A stretch of DNA of 57,377 bases, the filler included, from Catajapyx aquilonaris (lineage: Eukaryota): the NCBI GenBank assembly GCA_000934665.2. It is 2 parts of 2 records of this genome, joined end to end, with 100 filler letters (N's around TTAATTAATTAA, not from the genome) between each part and the next. Parts side by side here need not be neighbours in the genome. Positions count along the whole stretch, not along the records: positions 1 to 28,566 come from JYFJ02004899.1; 1 more part is not named here. One strand, written 5' to 3'. The position numbers and the translations under genes were made by a program. The notes below the pieces were generated by a model, which was given only the letters and a program-made list of their open reading frames with translations, searched no databases and was not told the DNA's origin. Below are positions 1 through 9,219 of this stretch, piece after piece. Each line of letters starts with the position of its first letter. The stretch's first letter is position 1.

Positions 1-8
1 ATCCTCAC

Positions 9-59
9 CTTCTTCTTCTTGTTGACTGGGTGGGAAGCCCTTCCTGCCAGGGTGGACAT
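9..59 (-). CDS. Possible first coding exon of a gene divergent from RPB11 (MSTLAGRASHPVNKKKK), continuing off the left edge
   Basis: Minus-strand ATG at 59, 17 open codons, then AAG|GTGAGG, a good phase-0 donor. Product not recognised. Confidence 0.3.
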
Positions 60-535
60 GATGATGACCTCCTCACAATGAGGATGGCGCACTGCTGTAT
101 GCGGAAGACAAAGACGAGGGACGCGGACAGCAAGAGACGAAAGCAGGATGAGAAATGACCGTTACACAGGAAGCCGGATGTGCCCACTTGGCAACACTGT
201 GGTCAGGCCACGGGGGTGTTAATTAATGTAGCTGTTTATGTTATTAGTTATTAAATTATTAATATTTCGGTCATTTCAAGCCAAGCAAAAAATAATAATA
301 AAAATAAATCTACGCAGTATAAATATATTATGTGACTCATCCTGCCTGCCTGGCTGAGCTTGGTACTGGACAGTGGACATCAGCACTGTACAGTCCGTCT
401 GAAGTCTGCGAATCTGATTTTCGCGGAAAGTGACAACCGCTGCAGAGCCTGAAGGTACTGCGAGGACACAGTAAGGAGGAGTGTGACAAGAGCAGCTGCA
501 GAGGGAAGAAGAAGAAGAAGGACCAGTCTGCGACC

Positions 536-1150
536 ATGACAAATGCCCTCCAGACATTCGAGTCATTCCTGCTCTTTGAAGGGGAGAAGAAGTGAGTTTT
601 TCTTGTTGTTGCTGTTGTCCAACTTAAATCTATTTAACCAAACGTTTTGCAGGATCACAGTAGAGAAAGACGGCAAAGTACCCAATGCAATGATTTTTAC
701 CATCAATAAGGAGGATCATACTCTAGGAAATATGATTCGAGAGTAAGTACTTATTATTGTGATATTTATGCCAATAGACTGTGACTGATCGTTTATTTTG
801 CATCTGTGTTGTTCTGTAGTCAGCTCCTGAAGGATCCCCAGGTGATGTTTGCAGGCTACAAGGTCCCTCATCCTTTAGAACATAAGTTCGTCCTACGTAT
901 CCAGACTGTTCCCGGCTACACTCCTCAGGATGCACTCAATAGTGCTCTCGCTGACCTCTACTCCGAACTGTGCTTGATGGAAGATAGGTTCAAGGTAAGG
1001 GTTGGCCTTATTTACACATATCATTGTTGTCCTCTGCATCTATGCATATGTTTGCCTTTTTGAGCGCCATACATTTCCTTAACTTTTCCAATGTTTCCAT
1101 TCCAGAAAGCAGTCGAAGAGAAGCGTGAGGAGAATAAGTTTGGTCAATGA
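536..1150 (+). CDS. POLR2J: DNA-directed RNA polymerase II subunit RPB11, 4 exons: 536-591, 653-742, 820-994, 1106-1150 (121 aa)
   Basis: Spliced translation [78 protein letters not shown]...[19 protein letters not shown]. Hallmark EDHTLGN and [12 protein letters not shown] motifs; all introns GT-AG with frame preserved. Confidence 0.95.
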
Positions 1151-1698
1151 AAGCGAGGATGTTTTAAATTGCCAATGTTTTTATCCATACAATTTCAACT
1201 GATTGCCCTGTATTGCCTAAGGCACAAATAACCTTTCTGGGGGTAGTAACGTAACTTACACATAAAGACATAATATTATGAAACAGCAATATTTTTAGCT
1301 CTTGTTACTTTAAGACTGCATAAACTTTTTTTTAGCATTGTAAGGTTTTTTTTTCCCTCCCTCTCTGATCAATCCAAGTGTGATTTAACCCATCTTGTAA
1401 TATAACTGTACAGTACTACAATAAAGTAAGTGATTTGGAGCTACACATTAACAGCTGCTATTAAAATATTGTGCTGTCCACTTCTCCGCACACCACCCCC
1501 TGGCGTCGGTGTTGAGCCTATACCAGCAGAAATATGCCGAAGGTAAGCTCCCACTAAAGTCCATTCCTGATAAAATGGAGTCATACATGAAAGTAAGCGA
1601 GCATATTATATGCAATGAACATATCAAAACAATGCCACAAGCAATATATAGTAATTAATCAATAATCATTTACAACAATTTTAGTATTTCATAGATAC

Positions 1699-2492
1699 AT
1701 GTCAGGATTTACTAACCTCCACCTTCTGTTGCATAAGGTCCCTTACTCTTCTGTACAATTCTGACCACAAGAAGCATCTCATGGAGTCTGTGGTGTCCAG
1801 ACTGGAGTCTCTGGAAGAGAGGGTAACAATGGGAGTGGTGTCCAGGCTGATAGAGTGGTTCATGGAAAGGAGAAGGACTGGAGGCATGCATGCCACAGGA
1901 TCGAGCAGGGTATGGTCCGCAACACATCAGTCACAGCAGAGATTATTTCAGTTGCGTAAAAGCCATGATCATGTGTTTGGCAAATTGTAACATGTTGATG
2001 TCTTCGCAGATGAACAGGATCGGCTTCATGTCTCAGTTGGTGTGGAACTCCAGCCCACTGGAAATCCTGGAATCACAGCACCTGAAGATGGAAAATTTCA
2101 TGAAGGACTTGAAAGCAATTTTCACGTTGCAGTACTGGTGACAGGCTCTTTATTACATTTTTTTTAAAAGTACTGATGGAAAATTGCATATTGTATCTGT
2201 CAAAGGGATGATGATGAGGGTAGCTATTTTTTGCATTTTAATTTTAATTATTAATTAAATTTTCCAATATTTTGTTACAGTTATGCCAACTTGTACCTGG
2301 TGATTTCTGCACATTTTCTTGCCTACTGCGACATGTAGTGAAATGTGTTTGTCCCTCAGGCCCGTAGCTGCTTCTGGAATATTGGAAGGCAATGAACCAG
2401 ATGAGGTGGACGTAAAGCCGGCTGTAGCCTGTGACCCATTATTGACCACTGACACTGGGTCAGGTACAATGAATCTTAGAAAACTTACTACA
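1699..2492 (+). pseudogene. Degenerate older paralog of the tandem zinc-finger family (N-terminal exons only: ~1699-1909, 2010-2137, ~2360-2492)
   Basis: NLHLLLHKV..DHKKHLMESVVSRLESLEE aligns by eye to DLELMMETVFDIKRLLLEDVLPRLASLEH of the exon-1 domain. ILEGNEPDEVD...|gtaagtaa aligns to exon 4 ILNNSEPVQVD...|gtaagtaa. The 2010-2137 exon has the same 1->0 phase as exon 3. Frameshifts and stops present; no finger exon follows. Confidence 0.55.
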
Positions 2493-2829
2493 GTAAGTAA
2501 TCTTATAAATGATTTTTTTTAACGAGAGCAAGCGAGTGCAGCTCCATACTCCTGCAAGTACATTGTTCTGACAACAAAGTTGCCACAATAATGTTAGGCC
2601 TACTCCTCAGGAGCTAATTTCACACATGGTAGCCTCTAAGGTTCGTTCCAGAGCCTTGGTCGCAAATGTCGGCCACATTGTTACCCCCTCATGCTAACTT
2701 AGAATTGGAAACAATGTGAGCGAATTCATTTAAGGTGAGACAAAATCAAGTAAAATTTATCCAGTGTTCATTGTAACATAATAATAAATAATGTTACCAT
2801 TCTACCTTAGCAAGTAAAGCTGGTGTAGT

Positions 2830-3371
2830 CTGGTGGGAACTTCATTATTTTGCAAACCACAAGAATGATGATGCCATATTTCATTGTAAGCGACCATTTA
2901 CATTATGCTTGTCACATTTATTTACAGACTATGTCTTGTTTAGCCCAAAAAATGGATCCCACGGAATACAACAGATTCGCCAAAGGTTACTTCACCATAA
3001 GGAGGGCAAATAAGTTTTGTTCAGGTAGCCTACTTGGACTAATATGGTCATAGAGCAAACCGCCAACAGGGAATTTAAAATGATGGGGGGTGTCATCCAG
3101 AGAACAACTCTTGACCCTGCCCCTGAGGCCATCCTAAAGGTTGATATCTTGTTCCTGCAAAGGAAACTGCTCTATAGTGCTGAATGCTCCTGTGCGAAAG
3201 AACCGGTGTGTGAAGTGTTATGCTTTGTGCAAATTTTGTGAAGGAGGGGCCTGCTCGAACAGCTCTATGGATATCCAGACTTCATTAGAATGTGCAGCTA
3301 TGCTACTGGAGGACATTGATGGAGACCTAGATTATGGTTGTTTACCTTCTGATAACGAGGATTGCATATGA
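2830..3371 (+). mobile_element. Degraded, internally deleted DNA-transposon-like coding relic with C-terminal Cys cluster
   Basis: Fragments across frames: WELH..MMPYF..DHLHYA..YLQTM, GYFTIRRANKF..MVIEQT..REFK..GG, TTLDPAPEAILKV/ISCSCKGNC...C..LCKFCEGGACSN. I recall this motif order from a widespread animal repeat-derived protein family. Multiple frameshifts; superfamily not assigned. Confidence 0.5.
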
Positions 3372-3441
3372 CATTATTATACCTGCTCGGTAATTAGCAT
3401 TTCTATTCCGTGGCGCCGCGCTGGTTCACACGTTTGCCAAC

Positions 3442-3856
3442 TATCTTTCCATCATGTCTCTCATTTGACACACTAACGACTACTCAACCGTTCGTGTCAG
3501 GCATGCTACAGTACTGCGTCGCAACCTAGAAGGCATACGTGGCACAGAATAGGTAAGTGATCCAGCAGACATGGAATCGTTTGGAAGCCATAATTACATG
3601 AGCTATGATATTTTTGGGGTTTCCAAGTCTCCGTTGTTGCCAGAGCTGGTTGATATGATTCTAAACTTGCATAGGAGGTGTAATAATTAGCCCTGGAGTT
3701 CCACCGGTTCCATGTGTGTCTATTATCTTTCCATCTCGGCTCTCAGTTGACAGAGTAATGACTACTCAACCGTTCATGTCAAGAAGTGTACTGCGTCGCA
3801 ACCTATAGAAATCCTACGTGGCACAGAATAATATGTGAGTCATGGGGTCATTTGGA
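3442..3856 (+). repeat. Imperfect direct repeat (~3442-3585 and ~3724-3856) of the IR upstream region plus start codon
   Basis: Shared TATCTTTCCATC..GACTACTCAACCGTTC..GTACTGCGTCGCAACCTA..TACGTGGCACAGAATA..CATGG(AA/GG)TC(G/A)TTTGGA. Confidence 0.85.
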
Positions 3857-5854
3857 TGTGTGTTGGTGTGGCTGGTGACGATTGTGAGAATAGTGTTGGG
3901 AAATAACATTAGCCTGGACAAGGATTCGGAGGAGGACGAGTCTGTGTCCCGACTGGTGGGGAATGTCCTTCAGAGGGCGGATCTGGCTGAATGCACCCTG
4001 GTCACAGCCACCGATTCGGTCTCCTTCAGCGTCCCGATTCAGAAGCTCCTGATGGGACACTCGGACAGGTACCTGCCCAGCTTCCCCCTCCGGATGACCA
4101 CCTCCAAAAAACACTCGTTTGAGGACTACCCCTGGCTGGTCAGACAGGACCAGATGCACGACTTCACCACTGTCCCGCCTCAGCTCCTGTCCCGTCTCTG
4201 GCCCGGACTCTCCTGCACTTTGCACCTGTTCATGCCCACCCATGTCCACGCTCTGCCACCACTCGTCATGCACGCAGCCTCCTTGGTCAAGGTGGCTCCA
4301 GGGGAAGATCGATTCATCATTCACTTCAGGACTGATGGTCACACTCATCCTCATCATGCTCAGGAGGTAGGAGAGGTGCACAGGATCATGGCCCACTCCC
4401 CACCCGCCACCTCCCTCAGGCTAAAGGTCATGGTCACAGGGGATGGTCGGATAAAGGTGGACACGGTCTGCTTCCACTGCGCACAAGGAGGACACCCCCA
4501 AATACTGCCTCTTGGAGTGTTCGATCCATCAGATGAAGATCATGGAGACATTGTGAATCTCTTCTTTCGAGACTACGATGTCAAGAGGATGAATGGAAGG
4601 GTAATCAGAATTTCTTTCTACGTAGACATTGACTTGCCAGCTGCGAGGAAGCAGAAGGAGGCTGAGGGTGAGTTCATTATTGACTTGTACCCGAGAATGG
4701 CCATATTTGCGGAAGGTGCTCTACGCGGAAAAATGGAGTACACTACGGAGGAATTTCGAGTGGAGCTGGACTTTCGTTATTCCAACGGAACCTGGGGAGG
4801 GTTGGTGGGTAGTCTGGTGCAGAACAAGACCGATGCCTTACCATGCATTTTATCTTCGGATGAATCGTACTCATTCCTTAATATTCCCCAACCTTACATG
4901 TTCGCCTTTGGAACGGGCTTGACAAGGATCCCTCGAAGAATTGTGACCTGGAAGGTCATCTTCATGCCTTATCCTCTCTTGGTGTGGATGTTGATTGCAT
5001 TCAGCCTAATCACACTGTTTATTGCCTCATTTTATATATCCAAACGGAGACTTAACGCGACCAGTACTCTTTCATTTTCACAATCAGTCGGCCTCATTTT
5101 GCGAGCTCTGATGGACCAGGATATAAGCTTCAACACGAATAAATATTCACTCAGTTTCACTGCATGTATGCTCATGTTTGTGACCGTAATCACCACCGGA
5201 TACAGGGCCAAACTAGGGTCCTTCCTGACCTGGCCCCCAAAAGAATTTGTTCCAACCACTGGACAAGAAATAATAGATTCCAACTGGAATATGGAAGCGG
5301 ATATGTTAAACTATCTCATCCTAGGTCACTACTGTAAAATGGCTCAGGATCCCGTTTTGGTTGATATGTGTAACCGCATGAAAATGGGAGGCACTACCCA
5401 GAATTGTCTGCGTAAAACTGGAGATGACAACGTTGTCTGCGTTGGAGTGAGTGTTCTCCTTGAGCAGGAAACCTATCTTCACACAAGCAGTGATGGGACC
5501 TTGAACCTTCAGTACCTCCAAGAAGATAGATTCTCTGCGTATGCCTTTGCCGGTACTGCAAAAGGCCAAACCCAACTGTTTCACATTCAAAGAAAAGTGG
5601 TGGCCCTGGTTGTGGAAAACAATTTATTCGAAACTTGGATCAAGCACGAGAAGTACATGAACTTCCTCCGCAACCTGAGGAGGATCCTACAGGCGGAAGA
5701 GATCGCCGCCAAGACATACGTTCCAGATGAAGTGATGACAACGGTCAAGTTGAGAGCCATCTTCAACATTTGGCTTCTGGGCCTGCTGGGTGGTGTAGTG
5801 GTACTGGCGGCGGAAATAGCTCATTTTTGTCGAATAATGCCTGGTAGAATTTGA
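3842..5854 (+). CDS. Divergent ionotropic receptor (IR, variant iGluR chemoreceptor), intronless, 670 aa
   Basis: Hydrophobic signal peptide; S1 motif NGTWGGLVGSLVQNKTD; M1 IFMPYPLLVWMLIAFSL; pore-loop ILRALMDQ; TTGYRAKLGSFLTWP (SYTANLAAFLT equivalent); final TM LRAIFNIWLLGLLGGVVVLAAEI; short C-tail. Confidence 0.9.
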   Translation: MGSFGCVLVWLVTIVRIVLGNNISLDKDSEEDESVSRLVGNVLQRADLAECTLVTATDSVSFSVPIQKLLMGHSDRYLPSFPLRMTTSKKHSFEDYPWLVRQDQMHDFTTVPPQLLSRLWPGLSCTLHLFMPTHVHALPPLVMHAASLVKVAPGEDRFIIHFRTDGHTHPHHAQEVGEVHRIMAHSPPATSLRLKVMVTGDGRIKVDTVCFHCAQGGHPQILPLGVFDPSDEDHGDIVNLFFRDYDVKRMNGRVIRISFYVDIDLPAARKQKEAEGEFIIDLYPRMAIFAEGALRGKMEYTTEEFRVELDFRYSNGTWGGLVGSLVQNKTDALPCILSSDESYSFLNIPQPYMFAFGTGLTRIPRRIVTWKVIFMPYPLLVWMLIAFSLITLFIASFYISKRRLNATSTLSFSQSVGLILRALMDQDISFNTNKYSLSFTACMLMFVTVITTGYRAKLGSFLTWPPKEFVPTTGQEIIDSNWNMEADMLNYLILGHYCKMAQDPVLVDMCNRMKMGGTTQNCLRKTGDDNVVCVGVSVLLEQETYLHTSSDGTLNLQYLQEDRFSAYAFAGTAKGQTQLFHIQRKVVALVVENNLFETWIKHEKYMNFLRNLRRILQAEEIAAKTYVPDEVMTTVKLRAIFNIWLLGLLGGVVVLAAEIAHFCRIMPGRI

Positions 5855-6895
5855 TGCACTGTTTGTCAGATGGTTTGTAGAAACTTGAACAGTGACACCC
5901 AATGGTAAGTGTGAAACAAAACTTTCGATCATTTCCAGATAGTTTCAATATTTTTGAACAATATACAATATACAATGATTACAATCTGGCCTCAATAGTT
6001 GTAGCCACCTAGTATCGAATATCTGACTTTGGCCGCTGAAATTAAATCACGTATGAAAATGGCGGATTCCGATGCTGAAGCTATAGGCGCTCATTCAATT
6101 CTTCTCTGGTCTCAGTCGGCCCCCTGTTTGTTTTTTTTAAACAGATTACGTAGGCTATACGTATGAGAAGTTTACTTTGCAACTTTTACACATATTAATA
6201 CATGAACAAACGCAAATAAAAACACGAGCAGGTATGATAATGCAGTATTATAGACTACTGCAATAAAAACACTTGCTGTATTTTGTTAAATTTCATATTT
6301 ATCTTATTATACTGTATTTAATACCTTGATGTCATATTTATCTTATTATACTGAATTATCTTGAAGCCATATTTAATTTTGCCACTATAATAAAGAAATC
6401 ATGCAACCAATCCCATATTGATTTACTAATTGCACCACCTTCTATTACTGCTGAACAGCTGCAGCGTTTGAGTTGAAGCACATTACTCCTGCGGAACAAT
6501 AAATTATTGAAGCATAATATACATTCAGTTCAGCCTTATAGGCCCATTTCCAAACCCAACTGTGTACATCCCAAAGTTGAACTGACAGGAAATCCTTTTT
6601 ACCAAAGAAGCAGCAATTATATGCGAGACACAGGTCAACATAGGTCTACTTCCAGTCCCACACGTCGTTTCGCCTTCGTATTTTCCTAACTTGGATATAA
6701 CTGATTTGGAGAATGATTTGGAGAAAATTCGACCCAATGTTGCTTGAAAACCTTACAACACCACGACGGACTTATTAGGCCTAAATAACTGAGCAATATT
6801 TCAACCATAATGATATGAAATATAATTAAGGCTTCGTTATTTCTCCAGCGCTGCTTTATATCATTCTCATCTTGCACACTTAATTTGGCGAAGTA

Positions 6896-7223
6896 CAGGG
6901 TGGTTCAGTAAGTAACCTTACGAGTTGATTTACAAATTTGTACTATACATTATGTGAAGTATTCTGGCTGTAGGTGGTACGGCCATTCGTGTAGTAGGCT
7001 AGGTATGGAGCGTTTCAGATCCGCCATGGGACACCAGGTAGTCACGTCCTCACGTGACAGCTATTTGAAGATGGCGGCCCCACTGAAGGTGTGCACCATA
7101 GAAGAGCAGCTGTTTCCAAGCCAGTGAAGGTGTGAAACCCACAGACATTCACAGTCGGATGAAGGCACAGTATGGTTGTGCCTGCATATATCACTACAGC
7201 TGCAGGTGTATGAATGGGCGTGA
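6896..7223 (+). mobile_element. 5' relic of a mariner-type transposon (left end plus frameshifted N-terminal HTH)
   Basis: TA|CAGGGTGGTTCAGTAAGTAA left end. From ATG 7071 the pieces MAAPLKVCTIEEQ..SEGVKPTDIHSRMKAQYGCAC..QVYEW match the mariner transposase N-terminus pattern (EQR..I..L..EG.KP..IH.RM...YG...S...VY.W). Confidence 0.7.
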
Positions 7224-7754
7224 TGGGCGGGTTGATGGCGATAGCTCCCAAAAAGGGGTAACCGGGTCATTTTGAGCAGGTCATTTCAGGTGCGTTTTTC
7301 TACCCTTGGGGTGGGCTACCAATGTGCCGAATTTCAATAAAATCAGTGTGACCTTGGAAAGTGTCCCTTGTGAGTTTGAGAGGTCATATAACTTTTGACC
7401 TTGCATTGTTTGCATTCTCTTTAATAACTTAAACCTGCCTGTATTATTGTGCCAAGGTGCATTCAGAAACTCCACTGACAATTAACACTCACACTTCCCT
7501 CAGTGTTAGATTCGAGTACACACAGTAATAGTGTGGCGGAAATATCTGGATCATAAATTAATGCCAAAGTGTCAAGTTGTATCACTGAAGGTAAATGACA
7601 CATCGTCAAATTCCTGCACAATTGGCTCGAAAAGCCAGGGCACCAGAGATGTTTTGGAGCGACACTTTCATTATTTTATTATGTTTACATATTCATTTCG
7701 ACTCCATCTTTTATTCACTAATTATTTATTGACCACTCTAAGGTAAAGTTGGTT

Positions 7755-7938
7755 CCAAGGGGGTAGTCACTCCTCAAAAAAGTGTACACCGGCTCTCTTG
7801 AGTTGCGGCTCTCCGCGGCTCTCTGCGGCTCTCCTCGGCTTTCTGCGGCTCTCTGCGGCTCTCCTCGGCTCTCTTGCGGCTCTCCTCGGCTCACCAGTGA
7901 GGGTGTACACCGGCTCTCCGAAGTGACTACCCCCTTGG
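7755..7938. mobile_element. MITE-like element with 17-bp perfect terminal inverted repeats and internal ~10-bp GC-rich minisatellite
   Basis: CCAAGGGGGTAGTCACT (7755-7771) / AGTGACTACCCCCTTGG (7922-7938). Interior of tandem (T/C)GCGGCTCTC-like units bracketed by two GTGTACACCGGCTCTC copies. No clear TSD. Confidence 0.7.
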
Positions 7939-7970
7939 TTGGTTCGCTCTCTGTACTTGATAATTTTGTT

Positions 7971-7986
7971 GGCCCTTAAAAGGACC
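7971..7986 (-). promoter_or_regulatory. Histone 3' stem-loop of the H4 copy
   Basis: Minus strand AAAC-GGTCCT-TTTA-AGGGCC-AACAA, about 50 nt after the H4 stop; fits the replication-dependent histone stem-loop consensus. Confidence 0.85.
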
Positions 7987-8034
7987 GTTTGTTTTGAGTT
8001 GAGTTGTCTACTGGTATAGGGTCCACCCCATGAT

Positions 8035-8355
<321 letters not shown>

Positions 8356-8379
8356 TCAAGTTGGCTGCCGTGGTACGAT

Positions 8380-8515
8380 CCGCCTGGCCCACTACAGCAA
8401 GCGGTCCACCATCACCTCCCGGGAGGTCCAGACCGCCGTCGGCCTCATCCTGCCAGGGGAGCACGCCGTCTCCGAGGGGACAAAGGCCGTCACCAAGTAC
8501 ACCTCCTCCAACTAG
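8380..8515 (+). pseudogene. His2B: Histone H2B 3' fragment (pseudogene)
   Basis: [44 protein letters not shown]. Lacks the N-terminal two thirds and has a 9-nt deletion (LAK). Confidence 0.92.
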
Positions 8516-8544
8516 ATTCATCGCCATCTGACAACTAAACAAAC

Positions 8545-8560
8545 GGCCCTTTTCAAGGCC
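8545..8560 (+). promoter_or_regulatory. Histone 3' stem-loop of the H2B fragment
   Basis: AAAC-GGCCCT-TTTC-AAGGCC-AACA, 30 nt after the stop; one stem mismatch relative to consensus. Confidence 0.85.
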
Positions 8561-9219
8561 AACACTTTTATCTGGATGAGATATGCACTTGGTGTATTGC
8601 GATACGTTTTAATTGCAGCTGGTCAAGGCGACTAATAAACTTACAATATTAAAAAGATGCTGTGAAAGGTGAATTCAGTGCAAGAAGCCTGGACATTGCC
8701 AGGCCCAATATATTTACTCCCGCTTTTTCCCAAACTATAACCGGCAAAGTGTACTTAATTTAGTACCGTCAAACGGAGTGAGTGATCCAAAATATCTGTT
8801 TTACGAAGATGCTGTATAAAAGTATCATAATATGTACTGTATGAGTATGAGTATGAAGATAGTAACCCACAATTGGGAAATAATGAAAATAGGCGTTGAA
8901 ACAGGCTGATGGCCAAATGTGCCAGTATAAAGAAATTTTTTCTGGGGACAATGCTGCGTACGAGATTCTAGTGACGAAATGTTGCCCAAACATGGAATAA
9001 CAACGAAGAACCACCATCGACATTTCGGACTGTTGTATTAGTTAGTTGTATGCGCTTTTCCGATAACAGCTGCGTCATTTCATCCCCCCAATTCAATATG
9101 GCGTCTTGTCTCTCTGTCAGTTCTGAAAGTGCCCTTCGGTTGTTGAGGAGTTTCTCTTCGGTAGAACCGGGTTGGATCGCAGCATCTGGGTCTCGCAAGT
9201 TGCGGAGAAGGAACAAGCC

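Noticed and set aside
3848..4396. 182-aa antisense ORF
   Set aside because: Shadow of the GC-rich 5' part of the IR gene.
7782..7979. Repetitive ORF (LSAALCGSPR)n and possible CRISPR-like array
   Set aside because: Tandem 10-bp units without unique spacers inside a TIR element; eukaryotic context, no cas genes.
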